Positions 51,578-63,478 of a DNA stretch of 64,000 nt are shown here, piece after piece. The number at the start of each line of letters is the position of its first letter. Position 1 is the stretch's first letter. The position numbers and the translations under genes were made by a program. Source of the DNA: Macrostomum lignano (taxonomy: Eukaryota); contig NIVC01000592.1 in NCBI GenBank assembly GCA_002269645.1, positions 434,001-498,000 of the forward strand, written 5' to 3'. Below the pieces are notes generated by a model. The model was not told the DNA's origin. It saw nothing but the letters and a program-made list of their open reading frames with translations, and ran no database searches.

Positions 51578-54220
51578 TTTTTTATTATTGTCTTTTTGAC
51601 AACTTTAAACAAGGGTTTAATTATGTATGAATTTAAATTTAGATTGTTGAATACTGACATAAGTTAAAATATTCATATTTTTTATAGTATAGCTAATATA
51701 ATAAATTCATGAAATTAGATTTTTTAAAATTATATTTTAAGTAAATCAGTTTAATGAGATGAAGAATGATTTTATTAAGTATAAAAATGTTAAAACATTT
51801 ATTATATTATTATAAATAATGTTCTACTGCCATAGCCATACCAAAGTTTATTATCCCATTTCTGTAACCACAATTCATTATATTTTAGATGGTCAAATTT
51901 TCATATTCCAAATTTTCTTATAGCCATATTATAAATTAACAAAACCGCTGATTTTCCAAAGCAAAAAGCAAAATGTGAACCCTGTTGTATTGTGTGACTC
52001 AGTGGGTATACATTGAGTACACTCACTGTTTTATTTTATTGATTGACTGACAATGTTTCATTGAGTGTGACTAGTGTGCGCATTCTTTTAAAACCCCTTG
52101 TGATGTAGTTATCTAGCTTAGAGTATAAAAATGAAATGAAAATAAAAAAAATATACTTTTCTTTACAAAAAAAAGATTTTAAAAAATTATATTGTTACAA
52201 GAAATTATGTATGGTACTCCAAATCTCTTTAATGTATAACCATAACTGCCAATTGGCAAGATCTCCATAGCCGCAATCAAGTTCTGCCCTAATTTTCTTA
52301 TAACCATAGCCTTAATTATGGTAGAACACTAATTATAGGTTACCAAAAAGCATCAAAACAATTTTTAGACATTATTATATTAGTTTTTATTATAAAATAT
52401 ATTTTTTATTTGGTTTTGTCATTATTGGTCTATATATTTTTATTTTTATTGTTAAACTTTTAGAAAGATATTAATAGTATTCAAGTTTTATTATATATTT
52501 TCTTGAATTAAAGCATTTTGCATTGACATATTATAAATTTTACATTTATTTAAATATAAATTTTAGGAATAGTCTAATTAGTAATTTATTGAAATATTTG
52601 TTTTCATCATTTTAAAGTCTTCAATTTTTATTGACATTTTTCATGTGTATTATAAAAATATTTTTTATTCAATTTATTTAAATCTTTCTAAGAAAATCTA
52701 AAAAATTAAAGATTTTATTTTTGAATGACTTTTTGTTTCTTTTTTATATTTTTATATTTTATTTTTATTATACTTTTTTAATTAGCTTTCTCACAATTGG
52801 CGCATATATTTTTATTATATTGCATATAGTTTATATACCCATGGAGAAGGTTGTTGATGTATAATTAATTTGTTTTCACCAGTTATTTATAGATATAAGC
52901 AAATAAATAACTATATGCATTTTATATTTCTTTTTTCCACATTAGTTTATTAGTTCTATTACTATTTGTATCATTATTGTTGCCAGATTTTTTTATTCTA
53001 TTGATTTTCTTCTCTACACTGTGATACCAAAACATCCAAAAAACGTCTACTGAACATCCACAGTGTGGCTATATACAGATGTTAAAATGTCCATATTAAT
53101 AGAACATCCATATTAAAACATCCATATTAATGTCCAAAAAAATTCCAAAAAAACATCTGCAACAAAGCTATATACAGACGTTGCAAACATTACAGACCAT
53201 AATATCCACAATTTTGGATGTTTTCAGAATGAAATAAAGAAAGCAAACTAATGCAAAACTGTTTTGCTTTTAGATTTTTTACTATTCCAAAAAAATGCAT
53301 TTTAATGACAAATTGCTGTGTGACATCAATCAATTGAAGGCAAAATAACTCACCTCTGTGGCAATATATAAAAAATCACACAATTTAACATTTTCAACAA
53401 TTCATGCAAAGCATAAATAAAAAAATGTAATAGAAAAGCTGCAGCTTCCTGGCCAAAAAATAAACCAATTTAAAGTTGCAACAGAAAATTAGCATATTTA
53501 GATAGCTGTAAGACAAGTTTTTAAATGCAAAAAATGTATTTTGATATTTGTGCACAAATAAGTCATGATGCACCATGCAGGGGCGAGGCAAGGTGGGGGA
53601 AAGTTTTTGGCAGGCATTTTGCTTCATGAAATATAAAAAATTGAAATCTGTATACCTATTTCCCCCATTTGACTATGCACCTGTTATACATAAGTGCATA
53701 ATTATAAACATGAAACATCAAATAAGAAACAAAAATGAAAAAGTATACATACTTGGCAAAAATTTTTTTCATATGCATGCAACATTTAATGTCGTGGCAG
53801 CTTGCACTTGGACTTAACACTTTCCTATAATCCCTTATACGTGCGTTGCACTTCTTTCACTGCCAATGCACACACGCAACTACCAAATGCACATCTCATG
53901 CAGCCACTGCTTCTCTTCAGTCTGCGCACCCCAGCAGCCTTTCCATGCCACGTAATCTCTCCACAATGTCCGCGCATGTGAAAGCCGCCACAATTATAAT
54001 ACTTGCATGCAAATTAAGAATTTATCAACGTATATAATAAAAACCTGGAAATTGAATTCGGAAAACTGCAGCAGTGAAAGTTGTAAAAACGCCAATAAAA
54101 GTAGCTGCGCTGCTACCCTGCACTTGACAACAGTAGAGAAGTAAAAAATGCGCATAACACTTAGCGGAACATGTCAATAACAGTTGCTGCCATATGGCGT
54201 GAAATAGATGTCCTATGACA

Positions 54221-55111
54221 TGAGGTGGGGGTGGAGAAGAAAATAAAAATTTTGAAATTGGGAAAATAAAATTTGGGTTTGTCGTCGGCATGTAAAGCCG
54301 GAAAATTGTACAAATTGATGCGTTGATTCTTCTCCTTGGTTACTCCATCTGCCGGGTCCTCAATTCCAGGGGGAGGGTAGTCGTAATCATAGTCGAGCAG
54401 TCTAGTAGCAGCCTGAGTCGTTCAGAATGGGTCCTCAGACACTGTAAACTCGTAGTTCGTCGAATATGCTCGTTTGGTTACTAACAGTAGTAAAGTAGCG
54501 CTGCCACCACCGTAAATGTCGTCTTACGGAACGTTGAGGGTCTCAGAGCTTTCTTTGAGATGAGACTGATTGGTTATTTTACGCCCCGCGGGCAAATGAC
54601 TCAATTGAAACTAAAGGCTTCGATTCTGAACAACTGAATAAATATTAGATGTTAGTTGCGGACTTATTATTAGTTCGTTATTATTATTATGATTCGTTAT
54701 TATAACTACGCGAGATACAGGAGCAGAACGAAAAGGAGGAAATGTAACAAACAATCAAACCAACAACAACAAGAACCAGTAAAAAAGATGACTCCAAAGT
54801 TAACGCATATATAACAAATGGCGTGGAGGATCCCAGGGGTGGGACAGAGGATGGGACAAGGGAAGGGACAACGATGGGAAATGAGGAAACCCGGCCGCTG
54901 GAAACATTAAAACAGCAGAGGCCAAGGGAGGGAACAGAAAAGGGAACAGACGAGGGAGCAAAGGCGGGGACAACCGGGGGAACAAACCAGGGAGCGAAAA
55001 ATTAAAACATGACGTCAATTCGTCATCCTAAGCAATTGGGTGGTATGTCCCGCCGTTGTTCGCGCTGGAGGCCTGCCGTCGTTCACCCCAGTGGTAGACC
55101 GGCCTACCACA
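54221..55111 (-). repeat. 3' LTR, 891 bp
   Basis: Matches 59199-59582 plus 62386-62892. Confidence 0.95.
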
Positions 55112-55161
55112 GGCGCGGGGGCGCCGGGGCGAACGGCAGCAGACAGCGAACTCCCGGTCGC

Positions 55162-55728
55162 TCAGGAGCGGCGGTCCTGCTTCGCCGGCCGGCCTCGGCG
55201 AGCAGGGGCGTTCGGATCTGACGGCGGCGAGCTTGCGACGCGTGCCTGATGGCTCAGCTGGAGATTGAGCAGCTGCAGGCGCTGCCCGTCAAAAAAGAGC
55301 CGCTCCGGGCGCCTCTCGATGGCGACCTCCCAGAAATGGCGAACTTCGGGCAGCCATCCGCTCTGGAGGTGGCCCGCCTCCCAGTACGCCAGAACAATGA
55401 ATAAGGCGAGGGCAGGCCGGGGCCGTCCGCCTTCGCGGAAGCAGGTATCAGCGCGCCGCAGCGTTTCATCGAGAAGCTCCCGCGTGGTCGTGGGCGGCAT
55501 CTCGCGGCAGAGTGTCCGCCATGGGGCGTCCACTTGAACGCGGCCCTTGTCGGCCGCCTGGTGGTAGGCCTCGTTGAGCGCGCGGCGAAGCTGTTCACGG
55601 GCCGGGGCCGCGCCGCTCGGGGCATAAGCCAAGGCTCGCAAGGTGTCTGACTCGCTCGACGATAGCCAGGGCGCTTGCAAAAGGAGGTCCGGCGAGGCAC
55701 CAGCGCTGTCGGTCCCGTTGTTTGCCAT
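55162..55728 (-). CDS. Extra 188-aa ORF of unknown function inside the Gypsy element
   Basis: ATG-initiated, GC-rich, same sense as gag; helix-rich composition; no TM segment or family recognised. Confidence 0.55.
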   Translation of the reverse strand: MANNGTDSAGASPDLLLQAPWLSSSESDTLRALAYAPSGAAPAREQLRRALNEAYHQAADKGRVQVDAPWRTLCREMPPTTTRELLDETLRRADTCFREGGRPRPALALFIVLAYWEAGHLQSGWLPEVRHFWEVAIERRPERLFFDGQRLQLLNLQLSHQARVASSPPSDPNAPARRGRPAKQDRRS

Positions 55729-56739
55729 ATTCGAAGCGGCGGAGCGTGATGCGACAGTCCGAAATATTCAGTTGGCAGGTCGGATCAACAGAATTGGAGA
55801 AAATAAATTGGAAAGGGCTCCTTAAATAGGGCGCAAATATTCCAACTGGTGGAATTTCAAACCAACCAGAGGAAATAAAATTCAACCACTGGAATTGAGC
55901 CATCACCCCCGTGCACTCTAAGGTGGCACACAGAGTTGGGGTGGGCGCATGAATCAAGGAGTCATAGAAATAGATAACCGCGCGGCAGGGGTCCAAAATC
56001 TGAATGAATGAATGGGGCGCCTCGCACGGTTCACAACAGGCTGGCGGTTAGAGAGAGAGAGGGGGGGCGGAATAATCGCATAAACAGTAGTTTAGAAAAA
56101 TAGTAAGAACATAAGTAGCTCCTAAAATTTGGATAGCAGATAGATACAGGCATAGTGACCGAGTTAGAATTTGGATCTCCATAAGGAGTTACACAAAAGG
56201 CAAAAAAGGCACTGGGAAGGGGCTGGACAGGCGCCCTTACAAATTTTCCCAGGCTCGGCTCGGTCAGAACAAAGAAAAATGGGGGCCGTTCACCTCAGAT
56301 GCACTCCGCTGAGGACAAGGCCTAGAGCCAGGGTGGCTAGAACTGAGCGGGGCAAACGACTGGGGGCACAGAGCAACATTGGCTTGCAAAATTAAGAGAT
56401 ACCTTCAGCCATAAGTAAAGACTGCAAGGTTTACAACTGAAATAAAACTTTGCAAAGTTAATGACACGCAATTGAGCAAAATTAATGAATCGCATGCGGA
56501 TAAATAATTGTCGCGTAGGTGCTGGCTTTTCCATCAAGCCTAAGGCTAAATATCAGAACGCAGAAGTGCGGGTCGCGTTGAATAAATATGGGCACCAATT
56601 GAGCATGAGCACAATGTACAAAGGCTTTTGACCGGAAAGCGTAAGGAGCAGAAATTGGAAAAAGTAGTTGCTTTTGCCCTCAAGCATAAGGAAAGTACAT
56701 TGAGAAACACTGCTTTTGCCATCAAGCATAAGGAAACGC

Positions 56740-59131
56740 AACACGATGTTGTGGGTGACCAGGTAGGTTCGGCCGAGATCGTGTGGCCCCTGCGAGAAGA
56801 TGGTCTTGTACTTCTTCAATAGCTCGATGACTTGAGCGCGCTGGTCATTGGACAAGTCCTCGCCGATGTCGATCTCTTTGATCCAAGCGTCTGGATCTTC
56901 GTCTTGAACTTGATTAACTGAAGCTTCTGGCTTCGGCAGCGGAAAGAATTGTAACTCGGGCAGTCTGATTGGTCTAGCAATCCCAACTAGGGCATTCGCT
57001 CGCACTTTGATGGAAGTAGTGCCTCGATTGATCATCTCAATGGCGCCTTCTCCATTGGCCATAGATATTAGGGCAGGCGCGGCGTCCAGTTGCTGCACAT
57101 CTTCTTCACGCCGGGCCGGTTTTAGCGGCTCGATCACAGCGGGTGTGCCCTGGTTTTCTTCTCGTCCTTTTGCTAGTTTAATCTTGATTCGGGCTGATGA
57201 TAACGGCGGCACGGTTGTGCTCTCAGCCGTGTAGATTCTGCACGTAGTAGCTTCGGTTCGCGTATAGCGCAGTGGTGCGGCAGTGCCATCCTTGAAAAAC
57301 AGCATCCCGGCGGCGAGATCCAGTGATGTACTGTACTTCTCCAGGAACTCGAAGCCCAGGATGTTGTCATGAGATCCCTTCGCTAGCAGGAACTTGACTG
57401 TAGGCTCGAAACTTCCAATTTTAACTTTGATTGATAGTTGGCCTGCCATTTGAATAGGCTCTCCATTGTAGGTCACAATGCGTTGCAGGCAGGGCTCGAT
57501 TTGGCCACGCAGGGTCAGGTCATCGGTACATAGTCGGTGCCAGGTGCTGAATCCTAGGACTTCGCACTTGGAGCCGGTGTCAAGCAGAAAAGCAAAATAA
57601 CGGCCCTGAATCTCACCAGTTAGAAACGGATCCCTTCGGGGTCGCTTGGGTGCAGAGTAATGTACAGGTGCAGCGGAGGCGGTCTCAGCAGTGGCCTGCT
57701 GAGCGACTAAAGTCCTCGGCGGGGACCTTAGTGCTGGCTCGGCTGCTGGATGGCGCTGCCCCCGTTGGCGCGTCCAGCCGTCCCGTTTCCCGAGCTGCCG
57801 TTGCGCTGGGGCGCGGTGCTGGCCGACCGCCGGTGCGGGCACTCATCGGCGCGGTGCTCGCGATGGCACCTGTAACACATAGCGCTCTGTCGCCGCAGCT
57901 GATAGGGCGGCGGGCGTGAACCCGACTGTTGCTGCCGCTGCGGCTGCTGCTGCTGCTGCTGTCGTCGTTGTCCTCCTGCTGGCGGCGTCCTTGGCGGCGG
58001 GTTGCTGCCATCTCGTGGTTGCTGAAGTCGATGGAACCGCTCGTGCTGCACAATCTGTGTGCCGGGTGTCTTGAATTGGGCGCTCTCATCGGCGCTGCGG
58101 CGAGGAGTCGAGGGCACCAAACATCTGTTGCGTTGGCCCCAAGAGTCCTGCGGCTGGTGGCGAGCAGATTCCCAATGCTCCTGGGTGTCGTTATTGCGCG
58201 ATCCCAGCGAATGGAACTCTCGCAGCTCATTGCTCAAAGCTTCTAGTAGACGTCGCTGCTCTTGCAGTGTCTCCGTTTGCTGTTCCATCACTTCACGCAA
58301 CCAATTCTCCTCGGGCCGAGATGACTTGTCGTGTTGCACTCCAGTTGGTGACTGACCATCGTCATCCTCGAGGACCCGGACATGTCTCGCTGCTGGCGGC
58401 GGTGCTACCCTCTGAGCCAGGCTAGCTGCTGTCTCCAGGCGTAGCACAGCCCTTCTCGCTGCGGTCAGACTCTGCGGTCGCACCAGGATTAGCTGTTATC
58501 TGGCTGACTGGGCGATTCGCACTCCCACGGTGAACTGGTCCACTAGTTCGGCCTGCTTCTGAACCGGGGTGAAGTGCGGGAACGCTCTATCGGCCAGAGC
58601 AATTAATCGATCGCCGTAGTCATCCACACTCTCATTCTTGCCTTGCTGGCAGCACCGGAATTGCTCACTGTACTCCAGCGTGTCGGCCACGTGTGTGAAG
58701 CGCTCGGACAATCTCTGCTTGAATTCGCCAAACGTCAGATTGTCCGGCAGTTCCATCCTGACGACTGCGGGATAGGTTGTGGCGATGTCCAAATTCACTA
58801 GGACCTCCGCCTTCTTACGTCTGTCGTCCACGATCCCGTTGAGTTCGCAACGCTCCTCGAGAGCCTGGATCCAGACGTCAAAGTCCTGGTTCGGGGTGTA
58901 CCGCTGAATCTTGACCGGTTTCGGCGCCGGAGCTCGGTCAGGCTGTTGGGGCGGCTGATACACGTGGTGATGGTGCTGCGGCTGTCCCAAGTTGGCCTGC
59001 TCCAGTCGCCGTCTCACCTCTTCGGTCACTGCTCGAATCATCTCGTCGTAGGTCGGCCTAGTAGTTGAGTTGTCAGGGCCCGCGGTGTCGGCTGTCGAAT
59101 CCGCGGCCGTTGAGTTAGTTGTCGAAGCCAT
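56740..59131 (-). pseudogene. Gypsy gag-pro (capsid, CCHC knuckle, aspartic protease, pre-RT linker)
   Basis: ATG 59131. Gag motifs QQGKNESVDDYGDRL and CYRCHREHRADEC. One in-frame TAA at 58498-58496. Protease FLLDTGS. Ends at DLGRTYLVTHNI, just before where RT would begin. Confidence 0.9.
57745..57791 (-). promoter_or_regulatory. -1 programmed ribosomal frameshift signal (G GGA AAC + 6-nt spacer + hairpin)
   Basis: Heptamer 57791-57785 in the gag frame; the protease ORF is in the -1 frame. Stem gctgga-c-gcgc / gcgc-ca-tccagc at 57778-57745. Confidence 0.75.
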
Positions 59132-59177
59132 GACGTAAATTTTGAACGACTCGTTGAAAGGATTTCGGCGTTTCGTT

Positions 59178-59197
59178 ATCCCACTTAGCTGACACCA
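59178..59197 (-). promoter_or_regulatory. Primer-binding site, tRNA-Leu type
   Basis: TGGTGTCAGCTAAGTGGGAT lies 1 nt after the LTR and matches the tRNA-Leu complement TGGTGTCAGAAGTGGGAT with a 2-nt insertion. Confidence 0.8.
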
Positions 59198-60164
59198 ATG
59201 AGGTGGGGGTGGAGAAGAAAATAAAAATTTTGAAATTGGGAAAATAAAATTTGGGTTTGTCGTCGGCATGTAAAGCCGGAAAATTGTACAAATTGATGCG
59301 TTGATTCTTCTCCTTGGTTACTCCATCTGCCGGGTCCTCAATTCCAGGGGGAGGGTAGTCGTAATCATAGTCGAGCAGTCTAGTAGCGGCCTGAGTCGTT
59401 CAGAATGGGTCCTCAGACACTGTAAACTCGTAGTTCGTCGAATATGCTCGTTTGGTTACTAACAGTAGTAAAGTAGCGCTGCCACCACCGTAAATGTCGT
59501 CTTATGGAACGTTGAGGGTCTCAGAGCTTTCTTTGAGATGAGACTGATTGGTTATTTTACGCCCCGCGGGCAAATGACTCAATCCTATATACTAAAAATG
59601 AAATGTGTGTCTCTGTGAGATAGATTTAAGAAAAAACGGCTTAACCGATTTTCTTCAAACTTGCACCATTCGATCAGAAATTTTCCTGGGACGGTACATG
59701 CATCTTGGCTAAGAAATTGCTCAATTTTAAAGGGATTAAATATTCGAAAAACATGCTTTTTTGCAAAGGTCAAGCAGCTCTTTCGACCTGAAATGCATTG
59801 TAAGAATGCTAGAGAAAAAACTGACTGACTGAATTCTGATTCTGACAAAGATTGCATCACAACAAGTTGAAAACAGTGCCGAAGAAATGCACACACGACT
59901 TGAATGAAATTGCGTAACCATATTGGCAACTTAAATTGAGACTGATTCTGGCTGACTGAGAAATTGATTATGTCATAACTTTTTACTCCAATTGACTTGC
60001 TGTAAGAATTGAATTCAAAGGGCCACAGTTCATGTTCTCAGATTAAAAAGAGATAGCCTAGATGCGAGCAGATTGGACTGGTAATGTAGTGACCTGGGTT
60101 CGAATCTTAGTAGAGCAAAATAATTTTTTTGTTAAAACACCTTCAAAACACAAAATGCTAAACA

Positions 60165-61640
60165 TAAAAGGGCCACCATGCCAAGCATATACGCGACTCC
60201 ATGTCGAACATTAAAGAGCCACAATGTCAAAAATTAAAGAGCCACCATGTCGAACATTAAAGAGCCACCATGTCAAACATCAAAGAGCCACCATGTCGAA
60301 CATTAAAAGGCCACAATGTCAAACATTAAAGAGCCACCATGTCGAGCATATACGTGACTCCATGTCGAACATTAAAGAACCACCATGTCGAACATTAAAG
60401 GGCCACAATGTCAAAAATTAAAGAGCCACCATGTAAACATAATGGAGCCACCATGTAAAACATTAAAGAGCCCCCATGTCAAACATTAAAGTGCCATCGT
60501 GTCGAACATTAAAGAGCCACTATGTTGAACATTAAAGAGCCACCATGTCAAACATTAAAGAGCCACCATGTCAAACATTAAAGAGCCACCATGTCAAACA
60601 TTAAAGAGCCACTTTGTTGAATATTAAAGAGCCACTATGTCAAACAGTAAAGAGCCACCATGTCAAACATTAAAGAGCCACCATGTCTAATATAAAAGAG
60701 CCACCATGTCGAACATAAAGGAGCCACTATGTCGAACATTAAAGAGCCACCATGTCAAACATTAAAGAGCCACCATTTCAAACATAAAAGAGCCACCATG
60801 TTAAACATAAAAGAGCCACTATGTAAAACATATATGTGACTCTATATCAAACATATACGTGACTTCATGTCGAACATTAAAGAGCCATCATGCCGAACAT
60901 TTAAGAGCCACCATGTCAAACATATAAGAGACTTTATTTCAAACAAAAAAGAGCCACCATGTTGAACATTAAAGAGCCACTGTAAAACAAAAAAAACATT
61001 TCGAACATTAAAGAGCCACCATGTCGAACATTAAAGAACCACCATGTCAAACATTAAAGTGCCATCGTGTCGAACATTAAAGAGCTACCATGTCAAACAT
61101 TAAAGAGCCACCATGTCAAACATTAAAGTGCCATCGTGTCGAACATTAAAGAGCCCCTATGTTGAACATTAAAGAGCCACCATGTCAAACATTAAAGAGC
61201 CACCATGTCAAACATTAAAGAGCCACCATTTTGAACATTAAAAAGTCATTATGTCAAACATTAAAGAGCCACTTTGTTGAATATTAAAGAGCCACTATGT
61301 CAAACATTAAGGAGCCACCATGTCAAACATTAGAGAGCCACCATGTCGAACATAAAGGAGCCGCCATGTCGAACATAAAAGAACCACCATGTAGAACATA
61401 AAAGAGCCACCATGTCTAATATAAAAGAGCCACCATGTCGAACATAAAGGAGCCACTATGTCGAACATAAAAGAGCCACCATGTTGAAAATTAAAGAGCC
61501 AACCTGTAAAACATTTAAAAGATTCACCATGTCAAACATATAAGTGACTTCATTTCAAACATAAAAGAGCCACCATGTCAAACATAAAAGATACACAATT
61601 TCAAACGTAAAAGTGAGCGAATTTTAAAGGAGCCACTATA
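60165..61640. repeat. 23-bp degenerate satellite inside the Helitron
   Basis: Unit catgtcaaacattaaagagccac, roughly 60 copies. Confidence 0.95.
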
Positions 61641-61679
61641 ATGCTAAGGAAATGTCGCACTAGCTACTTATTGTCTGGT

Positions 61680-62235
61680 GGATGCTTGCTATTTGGGGAT
61701 GCTATCTATCTGGGGGATGCTTGCTATCTGGGGGATGCTTGCAATCTGGGGGATGCTTGCTATCTGGGGATGCTTGCTATCTGGGGGATGCTTGCTATCT
61801 GGGGGATGCTTGCAATCTGGGGGATGCTTGCTATCTGGGGATGCTTGCTATCTGGGGGATGCTTGCTATCTGGGGGATGCTTGCTATCTGGGGATGCTTG
61901 CTATCTGGGGATGCTTGCTATCTGGGGGATGCTTGCAATCTGGGGGATGCTTGCTATCTGGGGATGCTTGCTATCTGGGGGATGCTTGCAATCTGGGGGA
62001 TGCTTGCTATCTGGGGATGCTTGCTATCTGGGGATGCTTGCTATCTGGGGGATGCTTGCTATCTGGGGATGCTTGCTATCTGGGGGATGCTTGCTATCTG
62101 GGGGATGCTTGCTATCTGGGGGATGCTTGCTATCTGGGGATGCTTGCTATCTGAGGGATGCTTGCTATTTAGGTGATGCTTGCTATCTGGGGATGCTTGC
62201 TATCCGGGGGATGCTTGCAATCTGGGTGATGTTTG
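61680..62235. repeat. 17-19-bp satellite inside the Helitron
   Basis: Unit gggggatgcttgctatct, roughly 30 copies. Confidence 0.95.
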
Positions 62236-63478
62236 CTGTCTTGGGATGATTTCTTTTTGCATTGCACTTCATTTGAGTAGTTTGTCTGTTTTCTTTGTGA
62301 AAGCTTTATTTGGCTATCTTCTTATTACTTGTAGAGAACAGAGATTCTATACGGATGTCCCCCAACGGGGGGCGAAGATTGCTAGTTGAAACTAAAGGCT
62401 TCGATTCTGAACAACTGAATAAATATTAGATGTTAGTTGCGGACTTATTATTAGTTCGTTATTATTATTATGATTCGTTTTTATAACTACGCGAGATACA
62501 GGAGCAGAACGAAAAGGAGGAAAGGTAACAAACAATCAAACCAACAACAACAAGAACCAGTAAAAAAGATGACTCCAAAGTTAACGCATATATAACAAAT
62601 GGCGTGGAGGATCCCAGGGGTGGGACAGAGGATGGGACAAGGGAAGGGACAACGATGGGAAATGAGGAAACCCGGCCGCTGGAAACATTAAAACAGCAGA
62701 GGCCAAGGGAGGGAACAGAAAAGGGAACAGACGAGGGAGCAAAGGCGGGGACAACCGGGGGAACAAACCAGGGAGCGAAAAATTAAAACATGACGTCAAT
62801 TCGTCATCCTAAGCAATTGGGTGGTATGTCCCGCCGTTGTTCGCGCTGGAGGCCTGCCGTCGTTCACCCCAGTGGTAGACCGGCCTACCACAGACGCAAC
62901 TTTTCCATTTGCCAGACCCTCAACTGCTTCGAGGAATGCTTCCAAGAGCGAAAAATACAATAGGTTGAAGGCAATAAATGAGATGATAAACACCACCAAA
63001 ACTTCAGTAACATTGTCAAAAAATATGCGAGCCCCGTTGACAGAAACGCCGAGCCATTTTGTTACTTCGCACAGGAGGTGGACAGGGAGGTCGCTGCGGA
63101 AAACTGTGCTTAGATCCAGTTTCAGGCGTCCGAGGAGCAGTGAAAGCCCTCTGGCGATTTTCTCCACTTCAATGTCAACGGGGTCTTGAAGGGGCTTGCA
63201 AAACTTGAAATCTGGAAATAGGAAAGATTAAACCAGTTAAATGGGGACCATGTTCTATATAGAATAATCTCAAATTTGAAAACAAATTGGCACTAGAAGC
63301 ATGTATAAACCAAGCCAGCAGTCACAAAAAAGCTGCAAGTATTTATAATATATAGAAGTGGTTCTTAAAGTAAATAAAAAAGGCAATTCTCAGTAAGGTA
63401 TCTGTCATATTAAATATATGATTTAATTTGTTCGCTGCCCCTCCCCCCCCCCACCTGCCTTCCTCTTCAGCCTTAGCC

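Larger units (their letters stand above)
59583..62385 (+). mobile_element. Non-autonomous Helitron nested in the 5' LTR
   Basis: Inserted between A and T of the LTR sequence tcaa|ttgaaac with no TSD. 5' TCCTATATACTAAAAATG; 3' hairpin ccccc-aac-ggggg (62359-62371) then CTAG (62382-62385). Confidence 0.92.
54221..62892 (-). mobile_element. Ty3/Gypsy LTR retrotransposon, non-autonomous (gag-pro, no RT/RH/IN), young
   Basis: 3' LTR 54221-55111 and 5' LTR 59199-62892 (split by a Helitron), both TG...CA and differing at only a handful of sites. Flanks GACA/GACG (4-bp TSD with one mismatch). PBS, gag, zinc knuckle and protease present. Confidence 0.93.

Noticed and set aside
60055-60115. B-box-like GGGTTCGAATC suggesting a tRNA gene
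   Set aside because: No cloverleaf could be formed; at most a SINE-like fragment inside the Helitron.
61641-62249. GMLAIW / GDACYL / GGCLLS repeat ORFs
   Set aside because: Translations of the 18-bp Helitron-borne satellite.
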